DNA from: Octopus vulgaris
Lineage: Eukaryota
Direction of reading: 5' to 3'
Assembly: GCA_951406725.2 (NCBI GenBank)
Contig: OX597818.1
Span: 38,006,001-38,070,000 of the forward strand
Length of the DNA stretch: 64,000 nucleotides
A program made the position numbers and the translations under genes. Position 1 is the stretch's first letter. Every line of letters starts with the position of its first letter. A model generated the notes under the pieces. It did not search any database. It was not told the origin of the DNA and worked only from the letters and a program-made list of their open reading frames with translations. Positions 23,330-36,911 of the stretch are shown in pieces.

Positions 23330-24430
23330 AATGCAGATTTGGCTGTTATGTAAGATTACTATGAGGAGATCAGAGATTGTTAAACACAGAACTTATAGTG
23401 ACTTTATGGAATTTGGTTAGGTATTGTTTATGCATAATTTGAATGTTGTGATGGGCTATTTTCTTGATAAGCACGAAAAACTGTCATGCCTTATCAGAGG
23501 AAGTAGATTGGTGAATTGATCATGATCCGATTCGAGGATTTGTTCTTTAAGTAATGCTTGTCTGCTATGAGGTGTTTAGCTTCTGAGTAGATGATATAGA
23601 AGAGCTGATAGAGTATATGATAGATAGTACTGACCAGTACCTGTTACAATGGGGAGTTCTGACCAAAAGGTTGAGAAAATAAAACCTGTAACACAGCTAG
23701 GAAGTTTTCATGCAAAACATGGTTGAAGGATTTGCTGATAACAAGGGCAACAACATTGATATTTGCTTATTAGTAAATTCTAAATCACCCTGTGATGTAG
23801 GAAAATAAATTCAGCTGTATTGGTGATTGATAAGAAAGGAAAGATTCAATGATCTTATGAAGGAGCTGACTGCTTATAATTGTTTACATCACATTCAAAA
23901 TGTGGGATGTCAGAGCAAAATGATGCTTATTGATAGTTTCAGAGAAATTGCTCATTTTAGGGACCACACACACAACAGTACAATTCCAAAGATGTGTGGG
24001 GTGTCTGTGTGTGCACACACACCTAGAGGGATAGATTAATAGACAAACATAGAAAGAAAGAGAAAAGTTAAGTAACAATAGAAAACAGATTTAAAGTACA
24101 CTGTTGAGGATAATGGAAAGATATTGCCAGGGTCCTTGTTAGATTGGAGTAACTTTAGACTTAGTCACTGTGTATATATGGTATCAGTGTGAGAAAGGAA
24201 GATAGGTGTAGAGACAGAGAAACTGGGAGAAATTTTTTGAATATGAAGTGTAATGTTGGAAGCAAAATGAACAATAAATGCTAGCTTTGTCCAAAGAATT
24301 GATACTTATGGAGCCACCTTGGTTTAGGTGTGACAGGTAAGAGGAGTCCATAAATTTAATAAATCCTACTGGTGAGGTATGATGGGGAGCTTAAAAGCTA
24401 TGCAATGTATAAAGGCATTTATTATCTTGA
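23330..24430 (-). mobile_element. Highly decayed CR1/Jockey-group LINE RT fragment; boundaries approximate
   Basis: Minus-strand remnants ALTSHILNVM*TII, INHQYS and NVVALVISKSFNHV occur in the order of RT motifs (RPIALTS, QYGF, ALDISKAFD). Confidence 0.5.
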
Positions 24431-24440
24431 TAATTATCAT

Positions 24441-24832
24441 AGGTGCAGGAGTGGCTGTGTGGTAAGTAGCTTGTTTACCAACCACATGGTTCCGGGTTCA
24501 GTCCCACTGCGTGGCACCTTGGCAAGTGTCTTTTACTATAGCCTCAGGCCGACCAAAGCCTTGTGAGTGGATTTGGTAGACAGAAACTGAAAGAAACCCA
24601 TCGTATATATGTATATATATGTATGTGCGTGTAAGTGTGTATGTCTGTGTTTGTCCCCCTAGCATTGCTTGACAACCGATACTGGTGTGTTTATGTCCCT
24701 GTCACTTAGCGGTTCGGCAAAAGAGACCGATATAATAAATACTGGGCTTACAAAGAATAAGTCCCAGGGTCGAATTGCTCGATTAAAGGCGGTGCTCCAG
24801 CATGGCCACAGTCAAAATGACTGAAACAAGTA
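24441..24832 (+). mobile_element. tRNA-derived CORE-type SINE, full length
   Basis: A-box/B-box-like head, CORE-like segment, central (TA)/(TG) tract, A-rich tail. Confidence 0.88.
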
Positions 24833-27800
24833 AAAAAAAAAATGCTAGTATTGTTGTAAAAAGTTAACTCCTACCTCTAGTTATTGAAGGTTGTCTTCTT
24901 CTCTTGCACAGCCACAGTACAGTCATAGGTGAAACATGGTAGATTTAGGTTGTAAAAAGAATTAGTAGAGACATAGCTATAAAAATGGTGTCAGTCAGTT
25001 GATTAGCTGTCTGCAATGTGTCAGAAGGAAATACATTTGCTGCTTGTGGTTATCAGCTTAGAATTAAAGAACTCAAGTGTGTTAGTTTGTTGCACAGACA
25101 GCAGATGTGAGGTGTGTTGCTTTTAGGTAATAGACCATTTGACAGGCATAGAGATGGTGATGAATAGATCTGAAGGTGAGAAAGCAGTCAAGAAAGCACT
25201 TGGATAGTTTGTGTATGTGAGAATATTAACTGGTGCAGCATAGAAAGACAGGCATTATGAGGCTGATGATGTGGATAACCAGGACGACACCAAGTCTTGA
25301 GGTTTTAATAATAATGGAAAGTATGCGTAATCCTAAAATGAAACCCAGTAAGTAGCAGTGTTTTTCATCACAGTAGAATTAAGAGAACATGATAAGTTGG
25401 CAACACAGAAAGGCTCTTATTATGAAAAACAAAATGTCTATTATAGTACTACATGGAAGTAGAAATAATATTCTAATGGAAATAATTCATAATAATACTG
25501 ATTTAGAAATTTATGGGTTGGCCCTTTCTGGATTGGGAGATACCACTTATAAATTCATCAAAACTCAAATTCATTATTGAAGAATTTAATAGTCATAATA
25601 TTCAATGAGGTTTACTCAAATTAGTAACATTGAAGGAAAAGTTAATTCTAGGGTAGAAAACAATGATCTTTGCTTAACAAACAAAATCGTTCAATGGTAG
25701 ACACTAGAACTATGATGACAACCCTGATTTAGAATTTACTAATAAGCAAATACCAGTAATGTGTGAGAAGGTACTCCCCAAACCTAAAACTGTATTCATA
25801 AGTATTATTTAATCTACCTCAAAATAAAAAAATTGAAACCTGACTTGCACTTTAAACAATCTAAGCTGTAACTATAAAGACCCTCAATTAATTGCTAACC
25901 CTGTGAAAATACAAGTTTCTGAACTCCTTTTAAAAAGCAATGAAACAAATTCAGAGTTAAGTTAAATATTTTATAGTCTGGGGTATGATGGAACACTACT
26001 GGAATATGAAATATGCTGGCTACAAGACAGTAGTCCAGCATTCAGGAAATACTTAAATAATCTAAGGTCCAAAGTGAGCTCAGAATGATATTATATGAAT
26101 GTAATAACTTTCTAGAAAGGTTTAACTCAAAATAACAGTCTTGGATCAATATCACATCATTGCAAAATATGCTTGTCCAGTATGAGATTGATCTTTAAGT
26201 ACAAGCTCTCTTGACACCATTCTCAGTGAGACACACAAATATCTAACAGGTTGTCTCAGGCTTAGCATCAATAATCTTTATCTCCTGGTATCAGGAGAGA
26301 TGTTGCTAGCAAAGCTGAAAAACATGGATATCAACAAATATGAAGAAGATTAAAATCAAGGAAAAAATTTCATGATATCCACTATTTCTGTACATTTTCC
26401 CATTGGATCTATCAACACATAGAGCTGCAGAAGAAAAGACTGGTAAATATTTCAACAATTTTAGATATCAAATCAGAACCAGCAGAAAATTTGTCAAAGA
26501 GCATGGTGTGCATATTGGAGAGAGTTGAAATGACTTAATTAACACTATTGGGTTTCACCAAACTAAAGATAAGCATCAAAGTAAAATGAGACATAATGTA
26601 GAATTCTCTTGCTATAAATATAGAACAAATCTTAGCCATTAGCAATATTCTCGTTCATTTTTTTTTTGTTTTGTTTTTTACCGTGGGAGTGTTCAGAAAT
26701 TTTCATTGTGTGCACATTTTGTCTTTCTTTGCACATTGTGTACATCCATGTGAGTAACCATCGCCCACTTCAATTAAAAAATCCGATTACATCCCGAGAA
26801 CCTTGTAAGTGAACAATTTTTTTTCTCTTTAGTTATAAAACATGAATGTGCACATAAGCACACAGTTAGGGAGAACAGCTATTTTCTGTTTTTACCCCTT
26901 CCTAAAATCATTCTGTGGTTCAGATTTTAGGAATAGCAGAAAGAATGCTCAAAATCATATTTTTAAAAATGTGCAAAGATTTGAAGGAACAGATATTTTC
27001 TAACTGAAGTCCAAATTCTTTGCAATTTTTTCAAGGCATAATACAAGCATAACTAGTAAACTTTACTGCAAGAATGCAACACAGGAATAACGGATGTGAA
27101 AATAATGGCTACAAAATAAAATTGAATCTAGTTTGCATAAAAACAGAAATATTTGATATTATGCATTTTGTGAAGTATTTCAATGATTTAACAGTAAAAA
27201 AAAAATTACAAACAATAGTGTTACTGTCTCAGAGAAAAGTGGAATATATTGGATAATGTTGTCCTAGATACACTACATCTGAAAAAGACAAGATGGTCAT
27301 GGAAGGAACATTTTTGGTCATAGATCTGATTTATAAAAACTGATCTGAGATAAAATAGAAATATTTAAGCTAATTGAACTCGGTTGTTGAATGTTAAGAG
27401 TTTTAGCTAAGTGACAAGTGGTAATGTTTAACACTACCTTGGTAACATCAGACCACTTTGGTAATGCTTGCCCACGAAGAACACTGGTGCTGGTGCCATG
27501 TAAAAAGCACTGGTGCTGGTGCCATGTAAAAAGCATTGATGATGATGCCACATACAAAGCACCCAGTATACTCTGTAAAGTGGTTGGTGTTAGGAAAGGT
27601 ATCCAGCTGTAAAAATCAAGCCAAAACAGACTATGGAATCTGGTGCAGCTCCTGTCAGACCATCCAAACCATGCCAACATAGAAAAACAGGTGTTAAATG
27701 ATGACAATGATGATGATAATGACTACACAACACCAATGACAAGATACAACAAACTGTAAGATTCCATACTCAGTTAATTGTCTTGTATCCTATGAGTTCA

Positions 27801-27989
27801 GCCCAGCCTCATCTATTCATATATATATATCATGGGAGCTGGGTAGTCCTAAATTCCTCCTACTCAGCCCACTCCACTATCTTCTTCATCATTCTCTAAC
27901 TCACTCTCAATAACTCCTGATACTATTCTTTCTCTTTCCTTCCAATTAATCCCTTCTCTAACACTGTCTCAGTTTCTCCCCCAGACAGT

Positions 27990-28310
27990 GGGAGCATGCA
28001 GCTTAGTGGTTAGGGTATTCAGCTCACAATCAAAAGGTTGTGAGTTCGATTTCCAACAGTACATTGTTTCCATGAGCAAGACACTTTATTTCACATTGCT
28101 TCAGTCCATTCAGCTGATAAAATTGAGTAAGTTCCTGTAATTCAAAGAGTCAGCTTTGTCACATTGTGTCATGCTGAATATCCCTGAAAACTACACTAAG
28201 GATAAATGTGTCTGTGGAGTGCTCAGCCACTTGTATGTTAATTTCACAAGCAGGCTGTTCCATTGACTGGATCAACTAGAACCTTCATCATAACTAATGG
28301 AGTGCCAGTT
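27990..28310 (+). mobile_element. tRNA-derived SINE, further family
   Basis: gcttagtggttaggg..ggttgtgagttcgatttcc head followed by CORE-like catgagcaagacacttta; related minus-strand copies at about 37900-38230 and 58040-58270. Confidence 0.7.
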
Positions 28311-28618
28311 TCTCCAGAGACACCTTCTGTCAACAATAAACCTGTTCTTCTTATCATGCTTTAACTTCCCAACACATGGGATCTGCAGTGGATCTTGCAT
28401 GCATGAAGTGAATTCGATCCACCATAGCCAAATTTAAATTAACACTGCAACAGAACTTTTCCCATGGTGGAACAATGGCTTTTCTCTGACAGCAGTTTTA
28501 CATTATCTAGATGCCCTTAGCTAGGCCGAAATAATGTCTTCACCACTTGACCCTTTCTAACCTCTTCTACTTCACCAAAAGCTAGAACAGAGATAACAAG
28601 ACCACCAACTAAATCTAT

Positions 28619-29230
28619 TGTTCTCAATGATGTATCTATCCTTCTGGATAGTTATAAAAGCAAGCACACCCCAAGCAAAAGTCAGTTAGTCACAGTTGGT
28701 GACAACTCAACTAAGTAGTCACTTCGGTGATGACGAAATCTGGCTGACCAGCTACAACCTTGGTCAGAGGGAGAAATGAAGTTTACTGTCAGCAACTGTG
28801 AGACAACACCCTATAATTCTCTCTAGCTCTAATTCTGTTCTCTTACAACATTCTGTCGCTATCTGCGGATTACTACTAACTATTCGTATATGCCAAACTA
28901 TGTAAAGAAACATTCTACCGCATCTAACTTTCTTTCGCAAGCTTTTGGATTTATCATAACCTGCCCGTCGAGGCAAGGTATTGTAACATAACGGTAAATA
29001 AATACTTTCTTAAAACTTCAGGCACTGTCCATCTTTCACATCTTACAACTTGCCGTCATAACAACAAATTATTATCGCTACAACTGCTGACTCCGACATT
29101 TCACATTATAGTTTACTAATCAATCTAACCCATTACAATTAGTAACTACACTAATTAAAACCTAACCGTTACGACTAGTGATCCTCAACATCAACTAAAA
29201 ACTTTATCGTTACAAGTGGCAACCACTATA
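28619..29230 (+). mobile_element. Candidate LTR followed by a primer-binding site; left boundary uncertain
   Basis: TATA-like tataaaag at about 28654, aataaa at about 28997, end ...cgttaca at 29214 followed directly by agtggcaacc; CpG-richer than flanks. Confidence 0.4.
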
Positions 29231-29528
29231 GATCTCTAAAATTTTTCCAAATGACAAGGTAACCTTATTAGTATTACCTTAAGAAACACTCAAATGTGGG
29301 TCACATTAGAAAGGGTATCCAGCCTAAGAAACCATGCCCAAACTGTGACACTGGAGCAAAACAGCATCTACCAACCCATCGGTTCCTGTCAAACTCTCCA
29401 ACCCATACCACCATAAAAAATAGACATAATACTACAATTGATATCAAAGTTAGACAAAGAGAAATCAGCTGGAAAGATAATAGAGTATCATGGAAAATAT
29501 CCCCTTGTGGGAAAATGTTTATATATAT

Positions 29529-29800
29529 TATCATCATCATCATCATCGTTTAACGTCCGCTTTCCGTGCTAGCACGGGTTGGACGGTTCGACCGGGGTCT
29601 GGGTAGCCAGAAGGCTGCACCAGGCTCCAGTCTGATCTGGCAGTGTTTCTACAGCTGGATGCGCTTCCTAACGCCAACCACTCCGTGAGTGTAGTAGGTG
29701 CTTTTTACGTACCACCGGCACAGGTGCCAGGGGAGGCTGGCAGCGGCCACGATCGGATGGTGCTTTTTACGTGCCACCGGCACAGAAGCCAGTCAAGGCT
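29529..29800 (-). mobile_element. (GAT)n-tailed RTE-related element, CpG-retaining (young) copy
   Basis: Same family as 455-987. Confidence 0.8.
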
Positions 29801-29874
29801 TGCTGAGTGTCACAGACCAAGTCTGTGGATGGAGCAAAGTCCCTTCCAGACCCAGAGTTACGTGGTAGTACGGT

Positions 29875-29906
<32 letters not shown>

Positions 29907-30308
29907 GTATGTATATAAGGTTAATGGCGATGTATGAGTTTTTTTTCTTTTTGTTTTGTTTTTGTATCTGAATGTTAAGCATACACGTTAAGATGGGAGA
30001 ATAGGCGTTGGCATATAGTGTCAATAAACAGCAAAGCTGAATTATCCTAAAGATAGCATATAAAATGTGAATTCAAAAAAGGTTTTATGATAGACTTATT
30101 AATGCATCTTATTTTGCGGGGCAGCGCTCCAGAATTAATTTACTCGCGGTGATTAAACAAACTAACGAAAGCAACACGGTTTTTAGAACTGAAGGAGGTG
30201 AAAATAGTAAATAACGTCAAACTCAAGTGTTTACAATAACAAGCTGATGTAAGGGAGGTAATACGAACAACAGAAAAAAATATATCGCGTTTAGTATAAT
30301 TTATAATA

Positions 30309-30438
30309 TTAGATTGTCACAAAAGTTCGTAAACACTTGCGAAAATTGAATTTTTACTCGCCAAGCACTAACAAAAACAACAAAAATTATTCCTCAAAAT
30401 AAAGACATTTATGTTTACGAACTTTTGGGACAACCTTA
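30309..30438. mobile_element. Mariner-type MITE
   Basis: TIRs ttagattgtcacaaaagttcgtaaaca / tgtttacgaacttttgggacaacctta with TA flanks. Confidence 0.75.
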
Positions 30439-30670
30439 TAGCAACAACAATGATATAGTAACGTTATTTTGTAGCAATGATAACAGCAGTAGCAACTGGC
30501 ATCCTAAAAGTAAGTAGATTATTAGTAATTCATTCTTAATTACAGGGTCAGAGGGCAAACATTAAATTTAAAAAAAAAACATGAAAATACAAACAAAATT
30601 GTAAAAACCACATTCTACTTAAAATGTCTAAGAATACAATCTTTGAAACACATCTGTTATTACTGAAAGT

Positions 30671-30900
30671 AGGCGAGCTGGCAGAAACGTTAGCACGCCG
30701 GGCGAAATGCGTAGCCGTATTTCGTCTGCAGTTACGTTCTGAGTTCAAATTCCATTGAGGTCGACTTTGCGTTTCATCCTTTTGGGGTTGATTAAATAAG
30801 TACCAGTTACGCACTGGGGTCGATGTAAACGACTTAATACCTATGTCTGCCTTGTTTGTCCCCTCTATGTTTAGCCCCTTGTGGGTAGTAAAGAAATAGG
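30671..30900 (+). mobile_element. tRNA-derived SINE with conserved central domain, full length
   Basis: ggcgagctggcagaaacgttagc head, gagttcaaattcc B-box-like, gtcgactttgcgtttcatcctttt ggggttgattaaataagtaccag centre. Confidence 0.85.
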
Positions 30901-30935
30901 TAATAGCATTCAACTAAACTGCAAAGCTATATATA

Positions 30936-32234
30936 TTGGGTCATCCCGTTAATAATGCGGGTTTTTTTCAATAGCATAAACTAAAAGTCGGAGCAGGAGA
31001 GGATAAAGTACCTGCATCAACTTGCTATAAAAGCAAGTAGTAATATTACCTTGTCCTTATTCTTAGTGCAAATTTTGAAGAGTGCAGTTCGATTTTGGCA
31101 GTTATTTTATCAAAGTTATAATGAAAGCCGACAAAGGAGCATATTCAGCATATTTTCCTTTGAGAATCCAATAAAGGCAACAATGCAATGGAAAGTGCAA
31201 AGGATTTTAAATGCAGTATATGGGGATCAGACAATAAGCGTAAGCTAATGTCAGCAGTGGTTCCAGAAATTCTGAGCCAAAAATTACAGCCTAGAAAACG
31301 AGCCTCTTCTTAGAAGATCTGTAGAGTTTGACGAGGACATCCTGTAAACCCTGGCGGAACAAAATCCCATTGTAACTGTTAAGGAACTAGCAGAGAAGCT
31401 TGGATTTGGCCTTTTAGCTAGTCATCGACACCTGCATGCCATCGGAAATGGTAGCAATTTGGGTCAGTGGGTTCCTCACAAATTCTCCAAGTCTAATCGT
31501 GCACAGAGAGTAAATGTGTGCTCTTCTTTGCTGTCATGTCTCATGAATGAACCTTTTTTGGGACCAAATAGTGACTGGTGATGAGAAATGGGTTCTCTAT
31601 AAAAATGTCCTCTATAGAAAAAGTGCCGAAGACTGGGTTGGGAAGGAAAAACACCAGCAACCCGGGCTAAAGAAGGTCTTCACCCATGTAAGGTGTTGTT
31701 ATCTGTTTGGTGGGATATGAAAGGTTTAGTCCACTTTGAACTTTTAAACCCAAACCAAATGATAACACAGAAGATCTATTGCAAGCAGCTTGAGCAGCAT
31801 AAGTCAGCGCTAGAAGGAAAACAACCAGCTTTGGTATCAAGACAAATGGTTTTCTTCCATCAGGATAATGCTCAGTCACATACAGCGAGGATGACATTCC
31901 AAAGGCTGGAGCAGTTTGAATGGGAAACGATACCCCAACCACCATATTCACCTGGCATTGTCCCATCTGATTATCATTTATTCTGTAATCTTCAAAATCA
32001 TTTGGATGGAGAAAATATGAATTCTGTAGACAAGGTCAGAACAGTTCTGGAGGAGTATTTTTCATCACAGACAAGTGAACTTTGGAAGAGGGACCTTGCA
32101 ACTTCACCAGCTAGATGGAAGAGTATTGTAGACAATAGAGAGCATATTTTAGATTAAAAAAGAACTTTGTTTATCTTAATTTTGAAAAACAAAAAAAGTA
32201 TTAAAAAAACTGCATTATTCATGGGATGACCCAA
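30936..32234 (+). mobile_element. Full-length (~1.3 kb) mariner transposon with disrupted transposase
   Basis: TIRs ttgggtcatcccgttaataatgc / gcattattcatgggatgacccaa; WVPH, IVTGDEKWVLY, FHQDNA, PYSPGIVPSDYHLF motifs; stops and frameshifts. Confidence 0.95.
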
Positions 32235-32244
32235 CATATATATC

Positions 32245-32421
32245 AATTAATGAATGACAAGACAACAACAAGAGTTATGTAACCACTTTCATTTGCTTAC
32301 AGCTCTTTCTGTTATAAGAAGCAGTGTACTCAGAGCTGTGTGCACAGCTTCTTATACCAGAAATAGCTGTAAACTAATGAAGGTGATTATGTGACCCCTG
32401 TTCTCTTGTCAGTCATTAATT
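32245..32421. repeat. ~175 bp imperfect inverted repeat
   Basis: aattaatgaatgacaaga..ttacagctctttctgttataagaagc mirrored by gcttcttataccagaaatagctgtaa..tcttgtcagtcattaatt. Confidence 0.75.
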
Positions 32422-32529
32422 AATATTGTACACTGTACTCATTTAATTCTTTACTCTAGAGCTTAAGTACATTGAGTTCTAACCAGTGATTATTAGAATC
32501 ACTATGCCTAAGTGAAATCACAATATATA

Positions 32530-32554
<25 letters not shown>

Positions 32555-32564
<10 letters not shown>

Positions 32565-33590
32565 TCATTCAATTTTATTTCAAGATTTCTTGCCAATAGA
32601 GAAGGAGCTGGTTTCTAACCTAGATCCAAGGCTCCTTCATTGGAATTTCAACATCAACAATAGGGTGGGTGGGTGGGTATGTATGTATGTATGTATGTAT
32701 GTATGTATGTCATTATTCAGTTTATTTAAAGATTTCTTGTCAATAGAGAATGAACCAGTTACTAACCTAGATCCAAGGTTCCTTCATTGGAATTTCAACA
32801 TCAACAACAGGGTATTTTGCTTGTTTGTTTGTGTGTATGTATGTATGTTTTATGTATGTATTCTCATGCATATAGTTACGTATCTACACATGCTCATATA
32901 TATTTAAATGATAAACTTCTGGAAAGTTTTACAGATTCAGATTTTTACAGTTCCAGTGATGGATTGAGTCTGTAGTCTTCAAATTAGCTTTCTTCGTTCT
33001 GGTTTTGAAAAGCCTAATTTCTCAAAATTAGTATTTAGGCAGTGTGTTACATATTCCAGACCCCAATAATTACAGGTATAAACCTGAACTTGTAATCTGG
33101 ATAGAGTAACTTCAGATTTCTCAATAGTTCAGCATCTGTGTTCTCTTTTTCACTGATCTTCAGCTTTATGTTAATATCTCCTGGGCAGCTAATTTCCACA
33201 ACTGTGCACAATTTTTCTTCACTATCCCAAATCATCATATCAGGTCTGTTTTGCTTACATTTTATTGGGGTCTTCACTTGTACATTCCGCCAGTATTCCT
33301 TTTTATTATCAGTGGCTATGACTTCTACCATATTGTGGGTTCTTATTTCTTTGTCCTCAGGGTTATCCTTCCGATGGATTTCATTACAGAGTATCCAAGC
33401 TTCAACATCATGTCTCATCGATAGATAATAATACTGTGATGACATTTTCGGATAGCTGCTTATGATGTGGGTGATATCTTCAGTGTGAACTCCACAAAGT
33501 CTGCATCGGTTGTCACATTTTACGGCTTTTCCTGCATCTCTATCCTTTTGTGCATCAGGTACTTGGTTGATATTTCCTCTCCCTAGATTG
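32555..33590 (-). mobile_element. 3' fragment of a restriction-like-endonuclease (R4/Dong-type) non-LTR retrotransposon with a duplicated 3' end
   Basis: ORF 33047-33724 has CRLCG...THIISS..RHD (CCHC knuckle remnant), RPDMMIW...VVEISCP (PD-D/ExK) and FIPVIIG; a ~100 bp terminal unit is repeated at about 32565 and 32710. Confidence 0.82.
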
Positions 33591-33606
33591 CAAATGTATG
33601 TATATA

Positions 33607-33655
<49 letters not shown>

Positions 33656-36600
33656 ATGTATGTATGTATGTATGTATGTATGTATGTATGTATGTATGAA
33701 TGTATGTATGACTTTAAACTGCATCCAGGATTTCCAGGGTTTTGACGAGTGTGGAACTACTTCTTAGCCATTATTGTTCCCAGGTTTTAATTAATGGCTC
33801 CTAAAATAGATGACATACCTGCTCAGAGAAGGGAAATGATGTCTAAGTCAACAAGGGTGTGTATATGAGCCAGCTTTCTTGGAAGAACAAGGTAAACAGT
33901 TCATCCAGCATCAGTCAGAGTCCCAGTTAACTAACATATGTGATGACATTGTGTCTGAGCATGGGAACACAGAATATCCTTGGTTGGTGGCATGGCACAC
34001 AATAAAACCTCTAAGAGTGAGAGACCCCGAGCTGTTGTCACAACATTCTTCCAGGAATGGGACACTCATGTAAAACCTGCAGTTTCACAAGATTACAAGA
34101 CATCTCACTTTGGCCTGTAACTAGATTCTAGTTATGGAGACTCAGAGAGTGGCACATGTACAAGTATTTATCACTACAAGCATTTATCAATAATCCAATG
34201 ACACAGATATTGATTTATGGTGACCTTATTTGTCATCGTATCTAGGGAAAGTTCTATGGTGACAGAAGAGTGGCAACAAGTGCAGGTCTAATCATTTGGA
34301 ATTACATCATCATCATCATCATCGTTTAACGTCCGTCTTCCATGCTAGCATGGGTTGGATGGTTCGACCGGAGTCTGGGAAACCAGGAGGCTGCACCAGT
34401 CTCCAGTCTGATCTGGCAGTGTTTCTACAGCTGGATGCCCCTCCTAACGCCAACCACTCCAAGAGTGTAGTGGGTGCTTTTTATGTGCCACCGGCACAGG
34501 TGCCAGGCGAAGCTGGCAATGGCCATGATTGGTTGGCACTTTTTACAGGCCACCGGCACGGAAGCCAATGAAGGCAGCGCTGTCATTGACCACGTTCAGA
34601 TGGTGCTTTTTATGTGCCACCAACACAGTTAGTTAAAACATTTATCCGTCACCTAAGCTTCAAACAATGCAGGTCAGCAACAGGGCTGAAAAGTCATCTG
34701 GCAGGTCATAAATGGAAAGTCAGAAATGCAACTGACAATGAGGAAGCACAAGGATGCAGCAATTATCTGTGAAGATGGAACAATCATCTTGTATGTTTGT
34801 TTGTTTGAATGGATGGATGGATGGATGGATTTGTACGTGTGTGTGTGTGTTTATACATATATGGCAAAGCTAAAAACACTTCTCTAAAAGCAAGAAAGTT
34901 CAATGGATGAACAGTATGAATTAAATATTATTTGAGGTCGACTTTGCCTTTCATCCTTTCGGGGTCAATAAATAAAGTACCAGTTACACCTTGGGGTCGA
35001 TGTAATCGACTTAATCCCTTTGTCTGTCCTTGTTTGTCCTCTCTATGTTTACCCCCTTATGGGCTATAAAAAAATAAATATTATAACTGCCAAATGCAAG
35101 ATTCAAAATAATAAATATTGCTGAAACTAATGTGTAGCAGGTATTCCAGAACACCAGTTTAGAAGCAGAGATAAATTATGTCATTTCAAATAGGAACAGA
35201 GATATTCTAGATTTCAAATGTTAATAATTAAAGCAGTGGGCATTGATAGTATAAGCAAGATAGTGACATTTATTAAATTGAAGACACACGTTCTTTAAGT
35301 GTTGTTAGAATGGAAGTAGACAAGAAATTAATGAAGAGACCACTATAAGATAAATTAACTTATCATTCAGAATTCTATACAATTTTTCTCATGCTTTGCT
35401 TGCTAATGCTAGACTAGATCAGCCTAGTGAGTCATCAGACACTTATTTAGGAGTCATGGAACTATTCATATTTTAATCACAACAGTAAAAGATCCTTATA
35501 TATTTCAAAAATGTATTTAATCTGTTTCAATAATTAATTGACTGATAATTAAGGTACTTCATAGACTTAATCAACTTAATCCCTTTGTCTGTCCTTGTTT
35601 GTCCCCTCTATGTTTACCCCCTTGTGGGCAATAAAGAAATAAATATTATAACTACCAATTGCAAGATTCAAAATAATAAATATTGCTGAAACCAATATGT
35701 AGCAGGTATTGTTGTATTTGCTTATTTTTAAAGTGGAGAATAAGAAACAAGACAACGCTAAGATGAAATATAACAGGGATAGAATTATTCAACAGTGTCA
35801 GGACTAAATCAGATTGGAATGTACAACAAATCCAGAAACCCTGTATCTACATAAAAAGGAGAATAACTGTATGAATAATTTGCATGTGTGCATGTGGATG
35901 TGCATGTGTGTGCTTGTATGCCTATATGTACATGTCATGGCATGTGTGTGCATGTATGTTGTGAAAGCTGAAACAATAACAAAACAAACATATGCTGAGA
36001 TTGGCATATTTTATTAAGCAAGAATATTCTGGCAGCTGAATGTATACATAACAGTATCAAGGTATTTGATATGCTTCCTTATGAGTATGTTTATTTTCAG
36101 ATAATATTTTTTTTTATTATTTACGTGGAGATAAAGGGAAACAGAATCAGATTTTGTAAACAATGTCGACATTAATTTCATCAGTTTTCATCCAGCCAAC
36201 AACATGACATTTAAAAAAATAAAATATGAATAAAATGAATGAAAACAGCTGCCCTGTTGTACAAGAGATAATTTCCCCTCAGTGGGCTAGAATGCTTGCA
36301 GAGATGCTTCACAAAGTATGAAACTAGGATTAAACATCTAGAATTTAAGCAAAACAAAAAAAAAGGTGGGAAAATACACAAATCTTATACAAAACAGATA
36401 TGTTTTCATTATAGTTAAATGTATCTTCAATGAAGCCTTTAAACAATTCTAAAGTATAGAACCCTTTAAATATGTTATTATATTCATGTGGATGCTTCAG
36501 AATATAGATAACAAGAAAATATCCTTAACCATTCTGCTGTAGTTGTTGTTATAACATCTAGTTATATATAAAATATAATGAAATTATTGTATACAGTGCT

Positions 36601-36911
36601 CAGGTGCACCACAACCTATATTAACCTATAGACCCAGGAGTAGCAGGAAGCTTGATCTATTAACTTGCAGTAGTACAGTGGAGTGATTCAACAACAATAA
36701 TGTATTTGCATATGCATGTTATATATATATACACACACACACACATTTATATAAAATCAAAATAAGCAACAGGATATCCAGTATGATCATTTCAAGCGAC
36801 TCCAAGTGAAGACAGCATGTTCTTTGTCTACCTCCTTACCTTCTTGGAGGTTTAAGGTAAAATTATACTAATGTGTCCATCTGTTATAATTTAATTTAAT
36901 TATATGTATTT

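Noticed and set aside
25300-26650. A-rich stretch that might be a decayed LTR-retrotransposon pol
   Set aside because: No ordered set of protease/RT motifs could be read with confidence.
28726-28750. Box C/D-like GTGATGA..CTGA
   Set aside because: Boxes only about 10 nt apart, too short for a snoRNA, and antisense to the host gene.
35365-35445. Minus-strand CTGATGA with CTCA/TGAG stem
   Set aside because: No GAAA after the stem and no stem I pairing, so it is not a supportable hammerhead.
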